This document shows, piece after piece, positions 29,822-39,810 of a stretch of DNA of 64,000 nucleotides. Source of the stretch: Spirochaetia bacterium. Its GTDB lineage: Bacteria; Spirochaetota; Spirochaetia; SZUA-6; Bin103. The notes under the pieces were generated by a model, which had not been told where the DNA came from, made no database searches, and saw only the letters and a list, made by a program, of their open reading frames with translations. The DNA lies in assembly GCA_965208575.1 (NCBI GenBank), contig CBDBOV010000005.1:320001-384000 (forward strand), read 5' to 3'. The stretch's first letter is position 1; each line of letters begins with the position of its first letter. The translations under genes were made by a program, and so were the position numbers.

Positions 29822-31168
29822 ATGCCGTGCCGCGCCGCGGCCGCCCTGGCGTTGCTGCTGGCGGCGACCGGGCTGGCTGCGCAGGCGCCGCTGCGCGAGG
29901 AACAGTTCGTGTACTCGGTGGTGGCGTTCAGCGGCCGCGACTACGCCGGCACCTTCGCGCGCCGCGGCGCGGGCACCATCTACCTGATGGCGGACGTGGA
30001 CAACTTCATCACCGTGCGCAACGCGCTGGTCTACTTCTGGCCGATCACCGGCGAGTGGAAGCTCGACCTGAAGGGGCTCGACGTGCCGTTCGAGGGCACG
30101 CTGGAGCTGAATGGGCGCGGGCGGCAGCCGGAGCGCATCGGCATGACCCCCTACACCTACTACAACGTGCGCGGCGAGTACGAGCTGAACTGGGAAGTGG
30201 CCGTCGAGGCGGAGGCGGAGGCGGTGGTGCAGCACTCGCGCGAGCTGATCGCGGCCTATTACGCCGCGGTGCAGACCCACCAGCAGGAGCGCGCCCTGTA
30301 CGAAGAACTGCTCAATGAGCTGGCGAGCGTCATCACCGCGCTGCGCCGGGAGGGCAAGGACGTGACCGAGCTGGTCGCCGAGTTGGAGAAGCTGGAGGCC
30401 CCCGCGCCGCCGGAGCCCCCCGACCACTACGTGGTGCCTCCTTCCACGGTTCAGCAGGCGTTCATTCTCAACCTGCCGGTAGGGGAGTACGACATTCGCT
30501 TCCTGACCGCCGGCGGGGAAGTGATGGAGGGATCGGAGCGGCGCATCGTGACGTTCGCGCGCCGCCGCGCCGAGGCGGTGGGCATGGAGGTGATCCCCGG
30601 CGACAAGTGGACGCGGCCGGTGGAGTCCACCAGCCCGTCGTCGGTGCTGTACGTGGACGGCTCCACCGACCTGTACCTGCGCCCGTTCTACCAGCAGGAG
30701 TACAACGACCTGTTCTACGAGAAGCTGCGCCGCAACGACGCCAGGGGCAATCCGGGGCTGATGAAGTGGGTGCGTATTCAGCAGGTGCCGGGCGCCGCGC
30801 TGTCGGTAAGCGCCGGCGCCGCGCCGTCACGGGCGGCGGAGCCGCGGACGGTGCCGGAGGAGCCGTTCTTCGTCGAGCAGATCCCCGGCGGGGCGCTCGG
30901 CTACCGCATCGTGCCGTACGATCCCGACGGCGCGCACCTGGGCCGCGAACCGTCGCTGCGCGCGTTCCACCTCCCGGTGTCGGCCTGGCAGCCGATCCTG
31001 CACCTGCGCGTCCTCGATCGCGCCGGCGAAGTGCTGCCCTCCAGCGGCCGCCAGGTACGCATCGTCGCCCCGTCCGCCAACGGCTGGCTCACCCTCCTGC
31101 TGGCCGCCATCCCGCTGCTGACCCTGGCAGTCGCCCTCGCCCTCCGCTCCCGCCGCGTGAGCCGGTAG
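29822..31168 (+). CDS. Hypothetical protein with signal peptide and C-terminal TM anchor
   Basis: ALALLLAATGLAA signal; central coiled-coil-like segment; C-terminal LLLAAIPLLTLAVAL-RSRR; start could be GTG 29792. Confidence 0.72.
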   Translation: MPCRAAAALALLLAATGLAAQAPLREEQFVYSVVAFSGRDYAGTFARRGAGTIYLMADVDNFITVRNALVYFWPITGEWKLDLKGLDVPFEGTLELNGRGRQPERIGMTPYTYYNVRGEYELNWEVAVEAEAEAVVQHSRELIAAYYAAVQTHQQERALYEELLNELASVITALRREGKDVTELVAELEKLEAPAPPEPPDHYVVPPSTVQQAFILNLPVGEYDIRFLTAGGEVMEGSERRIVTFARRRAEAVGMEVIPGDKWTRPVESTSPSSVLYVDGSTDLYLRPFYQQEYNDLFYEKLRRNDARGNPGLMKWVRIQQVPGAALSVSAGAAPSRAAEPRTVPEEPFFVEQIPGGALGYRIVPYDPDGAHLGREPSLRAFHLPVSAWQPILHLRVLDRAGEVLPSSGRQVRIVAPSANGWLTLLLAAIPLLTLAVALALRSRRVSR

Positions 31169-31179
31169 CTCTCCTCACC

Positions 31180-33345
31180 GTGATCGAACCTCAGGACAAC
31201 AGCGCGATTCGCTGTGCTGATGCCGGTGACGGCACTGTCGAACTGGTATTCGATCCGCCGGGCGCCCGGCTGGTGGTGTTCAACGGCGCGCTACTGGCGG
31301 AGTTGGAGCGGGTGGTGAGCGCGCTGGAGGCCGACATTGCCGGCGGACGGGAGGTGCGGCTGGTGCTGGTGCGCAGCGCGACGCCGGACTGCTTCATTGC
31401 CGGCGCCGACATCGGTGAGCTGCTGGCGCTGCCGGACGCGGACGCTGCCACGCGCCTGAACGTGTCCGTGCATGCGCTGTTCGGCCGCATCGAGGCGCTG
31501 CCGGTGCCCACCGTGGCGGTGATCGACGGCGCCTGCCTCGGCGGCGGTACCGAGTGTGCGCTTGCCTGCGGCTACCGGATCGCGACCGACCACCCCAAGA
31601 CCCGTATCGGGTTGCCGGAGGCGACGCTGGGCATCATTCCGGGCTGGGGCGGCACCCAGCGGCTGCCGCGCCTGGTCGGGCCGCGGGCCGCCTTGCCGCT
31701 GTTGGTCAGCGGGCGGCCGCTGAGCGGACCCGAGGCCGCGGAGGCGGGGCTGGTGGACCGCTGCGTGGCGAGGGACGGCCTGGAGGCGGCCATTGCCGAG
31801 TTGCGCGCCGATCCGCCCGCACCCGCGGCGGCGCCCGACGTGATGCCGCCGGTCAGCGATGCGCTGGCCACCGAGGTGGCGGCGGCCATCCGCCGCGGCC
31901 GGCTGCACCCGGCCGCCCCGCTGGCGGCCCTGCGGGTGGTCCGCGCCGCCGCCGGCAAGCCGCTGGCCGACGGCCTGGCGCTGGAGCGGGGGGCGTTCGC
32001 CGAGTGCCTGGCGAGCGACGCGGGGCGCAACCTGATGACCCTGTTCTTCAGCCGCAACGTGCTGCGGCGCGAGCGGTTCGGGCTGGACGACGCGCAGCCG
32101 AGGCCGCTGGCGCGGGCGGCGGTGCTGGGCGCCGGCGTGATGGGCGGCGGCATCGCCTGGGCGCTGAGCAACGCCGGCCTGCCGGTGGCGATGAAGGACG
32201 TGGCCGCGGAACCGCTGCAGCACGGCACCGAGGCGGCGGCCCGCGTCTACCGCCGCCTGGTGGCGCGCGGCCGGCTGGCCGAGGCCGAGGCCGCGGACCG
32301 GCAGCGTCTGATCACGCCCACCACCGCGTTCGGTGCGGAGTTCGCTTCGGTGGACCTCGTGGTGGAGGCGGTCAGCGAGGACGCGGAACTCAAGAAGCGC
32401 GTGCTGGCGGAACTGGAGGAGCGGGTCGGGCCGGACACGGTGATCGCCACCAACACCTCGTCGCTGCCGCTGGAGCGGTTGGCGGCGGCGCTGCGGCGGC
32501 CGGAGCGGTTTCTGGCCATGCACTTCTTCAACCCGGTCGACCGCATGCCGCTGGTCGAGATCGCCGCCGTCCCCGCGACCAGCGGCGTTGCGCTGGCCGG
32601 CGCGGTGGAGCTGGCGCGGCGCCTGCGCAAGACCCCGGTCGTGGTGCGCAACCGGCCCGGATTCCTGGTCAACCGCATCCTCTTTCCCTACCTCATGGAG
32701 GCGGCGCGTGTCTTGGAGGTTGGCGGCGACTGGCAGGCGCTGGATCGTGATCTGGTGGCGTGGGGGATGCCGATGGGGCCGTTCCGGCTGATGGATGAGA
32801 TCGGCCTCGACGTGACGGTGAACATCGCCCGCTCGCTGGCCGCCTCCTTCGACGAGCGCATGGCTCCGCCGCCGTTCCTGCACCGGCTCGTGAAGCGGGG
32901 AGCCGTGGGCCGCAAGGGGGGTGCGGGAACCGGTTTCTACCGCTACGCCGGCCGCGAAGCGGTACCCGACCAGGACTCCGTCACGGCCGCCGTGGCGCAG
33001 GCTGTCCCGCCGGCGGGGATGGCCGGCGCCGGTCAACCCGCCGAACGGCCCGACGGCGCAGACCGAGTAGCGCGCTGCCTCGTCATGCTGGTCAACGAGG
33101 CGGCACGCTGCCTGGAGGAACGGATCGTGGACCGTCCTCTGTACCTCGACTTGGCGCTGCTGCTCGGCATCGGCTTTCCCGATCACCGCGGCGGCGTGTT
33201 GCGCTACGCCGACCAGTACGGCTTGCCGCGGATGGTGGAACGGATGGAGGAGTTGCGCGAGCGGTACGGCGAGCGGTTCCGGCCCTGCACCGGGCTGAGC
33301 GAACGCGCCGCCGCGGGAACCACGTTCTACGGACCCGGCCGGTGA
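31180..33345 (+). CDS. Multifunctional enoyl-CoA hydratase / 3-hydroxyacyl-CoA dehydrogenase (FadJ/FadB-like)
   Basis: FIAGAD, LGGGTE, PGWGGTQRL, GAGVMG, ATNTSSL, HFFNP, PGFLVNR. Confidence 0.93.
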   Translation: MIEPQDNSAIRCADAGDGTVELVFDPPGARLVVFNGALLAELERVVSALEADIAGGREVRLVLVRSATPDCFIAGADIGELLALPDADAATRLNVSVHALFGRIEALPVPTVAVIDGACLGGGTECALACGYRIATDHPKTRIGLPEATLGIIPGWGGTQRLPRLVGPRAALPLLVSGRPLSGPEAAEAGLVDRCVARDGLEAAIAELRADPPAPAAAPDVMPPVSDALATEVAAAIRRGRLHPAAPLAALRVVRAAAGKPLADGLALERGAFAECLASDAGRNLMTLFFSRNVLRRERFGLDDAQPRPLARAAVLGAGVMGGGIAWALSNAGLPVAMKDVAAEPLQHGTEAAARVYRRLVARGRLAEAEAADRQRLITPTTAFGAEFASVDLVVEAVSEDAELKKRVLAELEERVGPDTVIATNTSSLPLERLAAALRRPERFLAMHFFNPVDRMPLVEIAAVPATSGVALAGAVELARRLRKTPVVVRNRPGFLVNRILFPYLMEAARVLEVGGDWQALDRDLVAWGMPMGPFRLMDEIGLDVTVNIARSLAASFDERMAPPPFLHRLVKRGAVGRKGGAGTGFYRYAGREAVPDQDSVTAAVAQAVPPAGMAGAGQPAERPDGADRVARCLVMLVNEAARCLEERIVDRPLYLDLALLLGIGFPDHRGGVLRYADQYGLPRMVERMEELRERYGERFRPCTGLSERAAAGTTFYGPGR

Positions 33346-33682
33346 CCGCACCCGGCAACGTGCACCGCAACGCGAAAGAAGGCGCCCCGAGCATGATCGA
33401 GGTCCGCGGCATGGAGCATTCGCCTGCGTGCCGCGAACCGGGGCGTGGCCAAGGCCCTCACGTCGGTCCTCCCGGCCACTACCCAGCGGCTCGACGGCCC
33501 CTGAACGGACCCGCGTGTGCCTTCAGCCATGCAGCCTCGCCATGGCGCCTGCCGGATCGCTACCGGCGCCTGTCAATCCAACGCAATGCCCGCTGGAATC
33601 CGCAACCGCCCGTGCTGCTCTTGGAACAAATTGCAAGTAGTGGTTTCAATATGTACGCCACGGCAGGGGAGGCGCAGCGAGC

Positions 33683-34129
33683 ATGATCGAGATCCGCGGC
33701 ACGGAGCAATTCGCCTGTGACCGCGATCGGGTGCGCGCCGCTCTGGGCGACCTGGAACAGGTGGCGGCGGCGCTGCCCGGACTGTCCCGCATCGAACGCA
33801 GCGGCGGCGATTCCCTGGTGTGCCGGGTGCGGCCCGGTCTGACATTTCTCAGCGGCTCCCTGCGCACCACGATCACGCGCCGGGAGGAGGCGCACAAGGA
33901 GGCGCTGGGCTACCGGATCGACAGCAGGGGCATTGGCGCCGGCGCGGTCGCGAATGCGCACATCCGCTGCCTGCCTGACGGCGAGCGCCGCAGCCGGGTG
34001 GAATGGCAGGTGCAGGTGGAGGAGCTGAGCGGCCTGCTGAAGCCGGTCGGCGCAAGCCTGGTCGAGGCGGCGATGGGGAGGGTGGCCGCGGCTACCTGGG
34101 AGGGGCTGCACGCCCGGCTCGGCGCCTGA
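33683..34129 (+). CDS. SRPBCC/CoxG-like protein
   Basis: 148 aa; V..AL.D...VAAALPG pattern; GGAGG RBS. Confidence 0.75.
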   Translation: MIEIRGTEQFACDRDRVRAALGDLEQVAAALPGLSRIERSGGDSLVCRVRPGLTFLSGSLRTTITRREEAHKEALGYRIDSRGIGAGAVANAHIRCLPDGERRSRVEWQVQVEELSGLLKPVGASLVEAAMGRVAAATWEGLHARLGA

Positions 34130-34182
34130 CGCTGGCGCTTGCGAGCCACCACAGCCGAGGAACAGCAATCAGGAGTGAACCA

Positions 34183-34587
34183 ATGCCATCGAAAGAAGAA
34201 ATCCGATTGGCCAGGGAGCGGGCGATCCCCGTGCTCGACGCATGGATGGTCGCGTTCAACGCGCTCGACCTGGAGGCCTGGAAGGCCACCATGCAATATC
34301 CGCACTACCGTCTTGCGTCCGGTGCGATGCACACATGGGAAGATGCGGACATGGACGGCGCCTACCTGGCGCGCGTGCGGGCAGGACTGGGTGCAATCAA
34401 GTGGCATCACAGCGTTTGGACGCGGCGTGAGATCGTGCACTGCTCCGACCGGAAGATCCACCTCGACACCCAGTTCACCAGGTATCGGGAAGATGGATCG
34501 GTCATCGCGGTGCACGACTCGCTCTATGTCCTCACCTGGGAAAACGACAAGTGGGGCGTCAAGCTGCGCTCCAGCTTCGCCAGATAG
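34183..34587 (+). CDS. NTF2-like small protein
   Basis: AFNALD...WHHSVW...KIHLDTQFTRYREDGS...WGVKLRSS; AGGAG RBS. Confidence 0.75.
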   Translation: MPSKEEIRLARERAIPVLDAWMVAFNALDLEAWKATMQYPHYRLASGAMHTWEDADMDGAYLARVRAGLGAIKWHHSVWTRREIVHCSDRKIHLDTQFTRYREDGSVIAVHDSLYVLTWENDKWGVKLRSSFAR

Positions 34588-34715
34588 ATTCGCCGGGCGA
34601 GGCAACCGCGCGGCAACGACGTCGTCGAGCGCGGATCGCTCCCGGATCGCCGCGTCCGGTTGACCGGCGGCCGCGACGGCGGTCAGAATGGCACTCAGGG
34701 GGTGAGGCTGCTACC

Positions 34716-35723
34716 ATGCGCTACCGTCTTGAGGACCTAGGCAAGGGCGTGACCGTGCCTTGCATCGACCTGGACCTGACCGGCTCTCCGGATGCGCCGG
34801 CGCGGCGCGAATTGGCGGCCGACATCTACGAGGTGGTGGACCGGGAGGGCGGGCTGCTGATCCGCGAGACCGGCATCGGCAATACCGGCGGGTACGGTGC
34901 GTTCCTGGCCTCCATCGACTTCCACCACCACTCCTACGTCGGCGGCACCACTCCCAGGAGCGAGCGCGGCAACGGCGTGTATACCGCCACCGAGCTGCCG
35001 CCGGCGGTCACGCTGCACAGCCACCAGGAGATGTCCTACCTCGACTCGGTGCCCGACTACGTCTCCTTCTACTGCGAGCGCCCGCCGGACCGCGGGCAGA
35101 AGACCAACCTGTTCGTCGACATGCGCGCCTTTGACGCGCACCTGCCGGAGGAGTTCAAGGCGCGCTACCGCGGCCGCCGGGCACGCCTGCAGCGCACGCT
35201 GGCCAGCAACGATCCCGGTCCAACGGTACCCGGCAGGAAGTACTGGCAGGAATCACTCGGCACCACCGACCGCGGCGAGGCGCAGGCAATCGCGGACGAA
35301 CACGGCTGGCACCTCACCTGGAAGGCTGACGGGTCGCTGGTAATCCGGCAGGAGCCGGCCCGGTTCTTTCGTCCGCATCCCATTCACGGCGAGTTGTGGT
35401 GCACCCAGGCGATGCTCATCAATCCGGTCACCCGCTTGCGCGACGCGCAGCGGGATGGCCGCCACGAGGACGCGGCCGGGGTCGAACGGCAGCGCGCCGC
35501 CGACCCGGACAGCCTCGACCAGATGTTCCTGGAGGACGGCAGCCGCATCCCGGACGCCGACGTGCACCTGTGGTTCGACCTGATGATGGAACACGAGACC
35601 CGATTCGCGCTGCAGCGCGGCGACGTGCTGGTCCTGGACAACATGCTCATCGGCCACGGGCGCAGCTCCTTCGAGGGACCGCGCCGGATGTTCGCCGCGC
35701 TCGGCAGCCGCCGGGCCGCCTGA
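34716..35723 (+). CDS. TauD/TfdA-family Fe(II)/2-oxoglutarate dioxygenase
   Basis: HQEMSY, FYCERPP, GDVLVLDN...HGR..F.G.R. Confidence 0.9.
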   Translation: MRYRLEDLGKGVTVPCIDLDLTGSPDAPARRELAADIYEVVDREGGLLIRETGIGNTGGYGAFLASIDFHHHSYVGGTTPRSERGNGVYTATELPPAVTLHSHQEMSYLDSVPDYVSFYCERPPDRGQKTNLFVDMRAFDAHLPEEFKARYRGRRARLQRTLASNDPGPTVPGRKYWQESLGTTDRGEAQAIADEHGWHLTWKADGSLVIRQEPARFFRPHPIHGELWCTQAMLINPVTRLRDAQRDGRHEDAAGVERQRAADPDSLDQMFLEDGSRIPDADVHLWFDLMMEHETRFALQRGDVLVLDNMLIGHGRSSFEGPRRMFAALGSRRAA

Positions 35724-35753
35724 CCCCTGGGCGCTACGCTCGCGGCGACACGG

Positions 35754-37166
35754 TCAAGTTACGCCGGCTGGAGCGTTGTGCGGCTGGGCGAGCAGGTCTT
35801 CGAGGAAGCACATGGTCTTCAGGACGCCAACGTCGTCGCGCTGGTTGCCGATGATCTGCAGGCCGACCGGCAGGCCGAGTCCGGTCTTGCCGACGCACAC
35901 GGTACCCGCCGGGTTGCGCGTCATGTTGATGCCGTACGTGAAAGCAACCCAGCCGTCGGTCTGTGTGCCGTTGATCGTGCCGGAGGCGGAACCGGCCTTG
36001 GGAGTCTGGCCGCACGTGGTCGGCGTGAGGATGAAGTCTCCCGCCTGGAACGCGTCGACCAGCCCGGCGTTCAGATAGTGGCAGGCATCGACCGCGCGGG
36101 CGTAGTCGACTCCGCTGACGTTGTCCATGCCGTGCTCGATCTGCGGCCTGAGCCCCTCGTCGATCTGCTCCCATTGCGGTGTGCCGCGCAGGTCACCCTG
36201 AGCCCGCGCCCGCGATGCGGACCAGAACTGGTACCATGGTCCGCGCGGGTCCTCTTCCCAGATCGTCTCCCGCAAGACTACGTCGACACCTGCACCGCGG
36301 AGGGCCGCGATGGCCGCTTCGCAATGTTGCATGATCTCCGAGTCGACCGTGGCGAATCCCATCGTCGGCGACCAGACGACGCGCCGCGGCCTGTTGTGCC
36401 GGTTCAATGCGGCACGCCAGGACTCGGCCGGCCGGGGCATCGAAAAGATGTCGGTCGGTTCATGCTCCAGGACGGCATCCAGCGCATAGGCGACGTCGCG
36501 AACGCGAAGCGCCATCGGACCCTTCAAGCTCAGGATGCCCGATCCGGGTGGGGAGGTGCCACCGGCCGGCACCCGCCCCTGGCTTGCCTTGATGCCGCTG
36601 AATCCGCACACCGACGCAGGAATGCGAATGGAACCTCCGCCATCCGATCCGGTGCCGAGCGGAATCATGCCCGAAGCGAGCGCCGCCGCCGTGCCACCGG
36701 ATGACCCTCCCGGGCTGTAATCCAGGTTCCAGGGATTGCGCGTCGCCCCGAATGGCCGGTTGTCGGTCACTCCCTTGTAACCGAACTCGGGCGTGTTCGT
36801 CTTGCCCAGGATCACGCAACCAGCCTTGCGCAGCAACGCGACCAGCACCGAGTCGTGTTGTGCGGGTGCATCGCCGGCGTGCAGTTCGGAGCCGTAGGTC
36901 GTGACGAATCCACGCGCATCCTCGAGATCCTTGACGCCTATCGGAATGCCGGCCAGCGGCCCTACCGGATCGCCTTGCCTCAGGCGCGCATCGATGGCGT
37001 CGGCCTGCGCCAGGGCATCCTCGAAGTTCACCGCGCAAAACGCGTTCAGCCGCGGGTTCAACGACTCGATGTTGTCGATCGCCGCTTGCGTCAGGTCACG
37101 TGCTGACACCCGCCGCGCAAACACGGCCCCGACCAGCTCCTCAACCGTCGTTTCACGAAAGTCCAT
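35754..37166 (-). CDS. Amidase signature family protein
   Basis: GKTNTPEFG, PGGSSGG, GSDGGGSIRIP. Confidence 0.95.
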   Translation of the reverse strand: MDFRETTVEELVGAVFARRVSARDLTQAAIDNIESLNPRLNAFCAVNFEDALAQADAIDARLRQGDPVGPLAGIPIGVKDLEDARGFVTTYGSELHAGDAPAQHDSVLVALLRKAGCVILGKTNTPEFGYKGVTDNRPFGATRNPWNLDYSPGGSSGGTAAALASGMIPLGTGSDGGGSIRIPASVCGFSGIKASQGRVPAGGTSPPGSGILSLKGPMALRVRDVAYALDAVLEHEPTDIFSMPRPAESWRAALNRHNRPRRVVWSPTMGFATVDSEIMQHCEAAIAALRGAGVDVVLRETIWEEDPRGPWYQFWSASRARAQGDLRGTPQWEQIDEGLRPQIEHGMDNVSGVDYARAVDACHYLNAGLVDAFQAGDFILTPTTCGQTPKAGSASGTINGTQTDGWVAFTYGINMTRNPAGTVCVGKTGLGLPVGLQIIGNQRDDVGVLKTMCFLEDLLAQPHNAPAGVT

Positions 37167-37465
37167 GCCGAAGCAGCCTCCGGCTTCCGCGCGGACCTGT
37201 CAACACACGCGGCGGTTACTTCGAGACGGAGAATGCGCACGGCAATACCACCGTGGTGGTGCTCGCGGTTTCGTTCGCCTACATGAGGCAGCGGGCGAGG
37301 TCAGCCGCCGTGACCGTGCGATCGGCGCAGCGCGGCAAGGAAATCGGCCTCGTCCGCGCAGCCGAGCGCCGCCGCCAGCAGCGCTTGGCGTAGCCCATCT
37401 CGCGCGGACATGCAAACCGGACGTTCCAGATCCACAGAGCCGGGAACGATCGCATAAGCGTGAGA

Positions 37466-37494
37466 TTGACAGTGTGCGGCGGGCATTGCAAAGT
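37466..37494 (+). promoter_or_regulatory. Probable sigma70 promoter of SBP5 leader
   Basis: TTGACA-N17-CAAAGT (weaker -10), same position relative to the uORF as the other copies. Confidence 0.5.
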
Positions 37495-37518
37495 AATGTG
37501 ATCAGGGATTCTTGCCGC

Positions 37519-37611
37519 ATGCCGACCACCCTCGACCATAGCATTCAGCGCAGGCACCGGTTGACGCAGATGTCCCCCCCCCCGGCAACTCTTTATATGA
37601 CAAACCATTAA
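37519..37611 (+). CDS. Putative leader peptide (uORF) of SBP5
   Basis: MPTTLDHSIQRRHRLTQMSPPPATLYMTNH*; C10 tract. Confidence 0.5.
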   Translation: MPTTLDHSIQRRHRLTQMSPPPATLYMTNH

Positions 37612-37701
37612 CCGCTTCCGCTGATCGCCGCGTACGCGACCCCGAGCACGCCGTCGCCTTCACCACCGCCGTACCTGTCGGTGGCGCCGGCTACGGAATA
37701 C

Positions 37702-37870
37702 GGCGGTGCAAGGTGGTACTCAAAGAACCGCACGCGCGCGCGGCGTGAGCCCGGGTGAACCCGGTGAGTCACACGCCGCGCGCTTGCAGAGACTTGACTC
37801 AGACTGGCGGCCCGCGTTGCGGGTGCGAGAGTAGCCAGGGTAGCGGTAAGTCGCTCCGCAATACTCCAAG
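37702..37870 (+). promoter_or_regulatory. Conserved structured leader motif A (copy 3)
   Basis: Matches 3651-3820. Confidence 0.7.
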
Positions 37871-37892
37871 AGATCTACATACGGAGCAGCGT

Positions 37893-39689
37893 ATGAATAT
37901 TGCACAAATCACCAGGGCCTTCGCGGTTGCGCTGGTCGTGGTCCTGACCGCAACCGGCCTGTGGGCCACTGGCACGGAAGAGGCACCGGCAGCGGCCGCC
38001 GACAAGGAGTATGTGACCGATCCCACCACCGGCAAGGTGGTGGTGGCGCCACAGTACGGCGGGACAATTACCTTCGTCGACAACGGTTCCGCGGGTACGG
38101 TCACCGACTACTACGTGAGTGGGGCTGGCCCAAAGAACGTCCAGCTCTTCATGGAGAAGCTGGGTATTGCGAACTGGGCGATAGATCGGGACGTATGGCC
38201 CTATAACACACAGCACATCCCGGACTTTGCCTTGTCAGGGCGGCTGGCCGAAAGCTGGGAGCAACCCGACCTGGACACCATTATCTTCAAAATCCGGCAG
38301 GGCGTGCACTGGCATGACAAGCCACCGATGAACGGTCGGGAGTTGACCGCCGCGGACGTCGAATGGAGCTTTCATCGCCTGCTGGGACTGGGCAGCGGCT
38401 TCACCGAGCCCGCCCCAACGGTCTGGGCTCTGCCCCAATTCAGAACCAAGTCGGTAACCGCCACCGACCAGTATACGGTTGTCTTTGAGCTGGAGCCACC
38501 AGCCCCCTGGGCACTGAATCGGATCCTCCGTGGAGATAACACCGCCATACTGCCGCGCGAGGTAATCGAGCAATACGGCGACTATAATGATTGGCGGAAC
38601 GTGGTCGGCACCGGGCCCTTCATGTTGACTGACCACGTCGAGGGCACCTCCTGGACCTACGTCAAGAATCCCGACTACTGGGGATATGACGAAAAATACC
38701 CGGAGAACCGGCTGCCCTATGTTGACGAGATACAACGCCTGATATCGAAGGAACAAGCCACCATTCTGGCGATGATGAGAACGGGAAAGGCTGATTACAT
38801 CGGTTACGGCGGCGACACGCAGATTACTTCAATCGATGCGGCAACGAGCCTGCAGGAGACCAACCCGGACCTGAACCTGTGGCCATACTCATACCGTGCG
38901 GAGACGGCTATGGCCTTCAACACGCAGATATCGCCCTGGAACGACATCAGGGTACGCCGCGCAATACAGATGGCAATCGACCTTGAGACGATTAACCGGA
39001 CCTATCACCAGGGTTGGGCAAATCCGGCCGCTGCAGCGGCTCTAGGGGACGCCATGGTCGGGTATGTCACCCCATTTGAAGAGTGGCCCGACGATCTCAA
39101 GGGATACTATACCTATGACCCGGAACGGGCAGAAGCTTTGCTTGACGAGGCTGGATATCCGCGCGGCGCCGACGGCATTCGATTCGAAACAGTCTACGGT
39201 CACTTGGATCGCGGCGACTTCGATCTGGACTATTTCCAGATCGTCATGGAATACTTGCGTGCCATTGGTATTGATATAGAGGTGGAGAAACTTCCGGTAG
39301 CGCAGTGGGGGTCTTATATTAATAACCATCTGGGGGAAGGTCTGTTTCTTGCCGTACACAACGCCGACTACATAACCGCAATAGACGTTTTTTACTCGAC
39401 CAATGGATGGAACCCATCCAACGTCAACGACCCGGTTTTTGACGCCACAATGGACGCCTTCCGAGCCGCTACTGCAACCGAGGAGCAGCAGAGGCTGGTG
39501 CGGGAAGCAGTTATGCGCATAGCGGAGCAGCACTGGACCATAGCGGGACCGAGAGTTCCAAGTTTCATCGTCACCCAACCCTGGCTGGTGGGTTACAGCG
39601 GTGAAGTCGAGCTGGGGGAAATGGACCGTGCGATCATACTTTCCCGCCTCTGGATCGACCAGGACCTGAAGGCGGAAATGGGCTCGTGA
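37893..39689 (+). CDS. ABC substrate-binding protein family 5 (SBP5)
   Basis: MNIAQITR...TGLWATG; PQYGG, LAESWE, VGTGPF. Confidence 0.95.
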   Translation: MNIAQITRAFAVALVVVLTATGLWATGTEEAPAAAADKEYVTDPTTGKVVVAPQYGGTITFVDNGSAGTVTDYYVSGAGPKNVQLFMEKLGIANWAIDRDVWPYNTQHIPDFALSGRLAESWEQPDLDTIIFKIRQGVHWHDKPPMNGRELTAADVEWSFHRLLGLGSGFTEPAPTVWALPQFRTKSVTATDQYTVVFELEPPAPWALNRILRGDNTAILPREVIEQYGDYNDWRNVVGTGPFMLTDHVEGTSWTYVKNPDYWGYDEKYPENRLPYVDEIQRLISKEQATILAMMRTGKADYIGYGGDTQITSIDAATSLQETNPDLNLWPYSYRAETAMAFNTQISPWNDIRVRRAIQMAIDLETINRTYHQGWANPAAAAALGDAMVGYVTPFEEWPDDLKGYYTYDPERAEALLDEAGYPRGADGIRFETVYGHLDRGDFDLDYFQIVMEYLRAIGIDIEVEKLPVAQWGSYINNHLGEGLFLAVHNADYITAIDVFYSTNGWNPSNVNDPVFDATMDAFRAATATEEQQRLVREAVMRIAEQHWTIAGPRVPSFIVTQPWLVGYSGEVELGEMDRAIILSRLWIDQDLKAEMGS

Positions 39690-39810
39690 GGAACTCGTTG
39701 TAGACGATCCGCAGTGGACTCCGCCTTTTTGGGCGGGGTCCACGAATCCCACGAGACTCACGGAGGGGCCGGGAGCGTTGCGCTCTCCGGCTCCCATTTA
39801 GTACGAGGAT

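Noticed and set aside
21596-33351. Long antisense or alternate-frame ORFs (e.g. 22287-24596, 27813-29795 N-terminal part, 31291-33351)
   Set aside because: Shadow ORFs of high-GC genes; no motifs, Arg/Pro/Gly-biased
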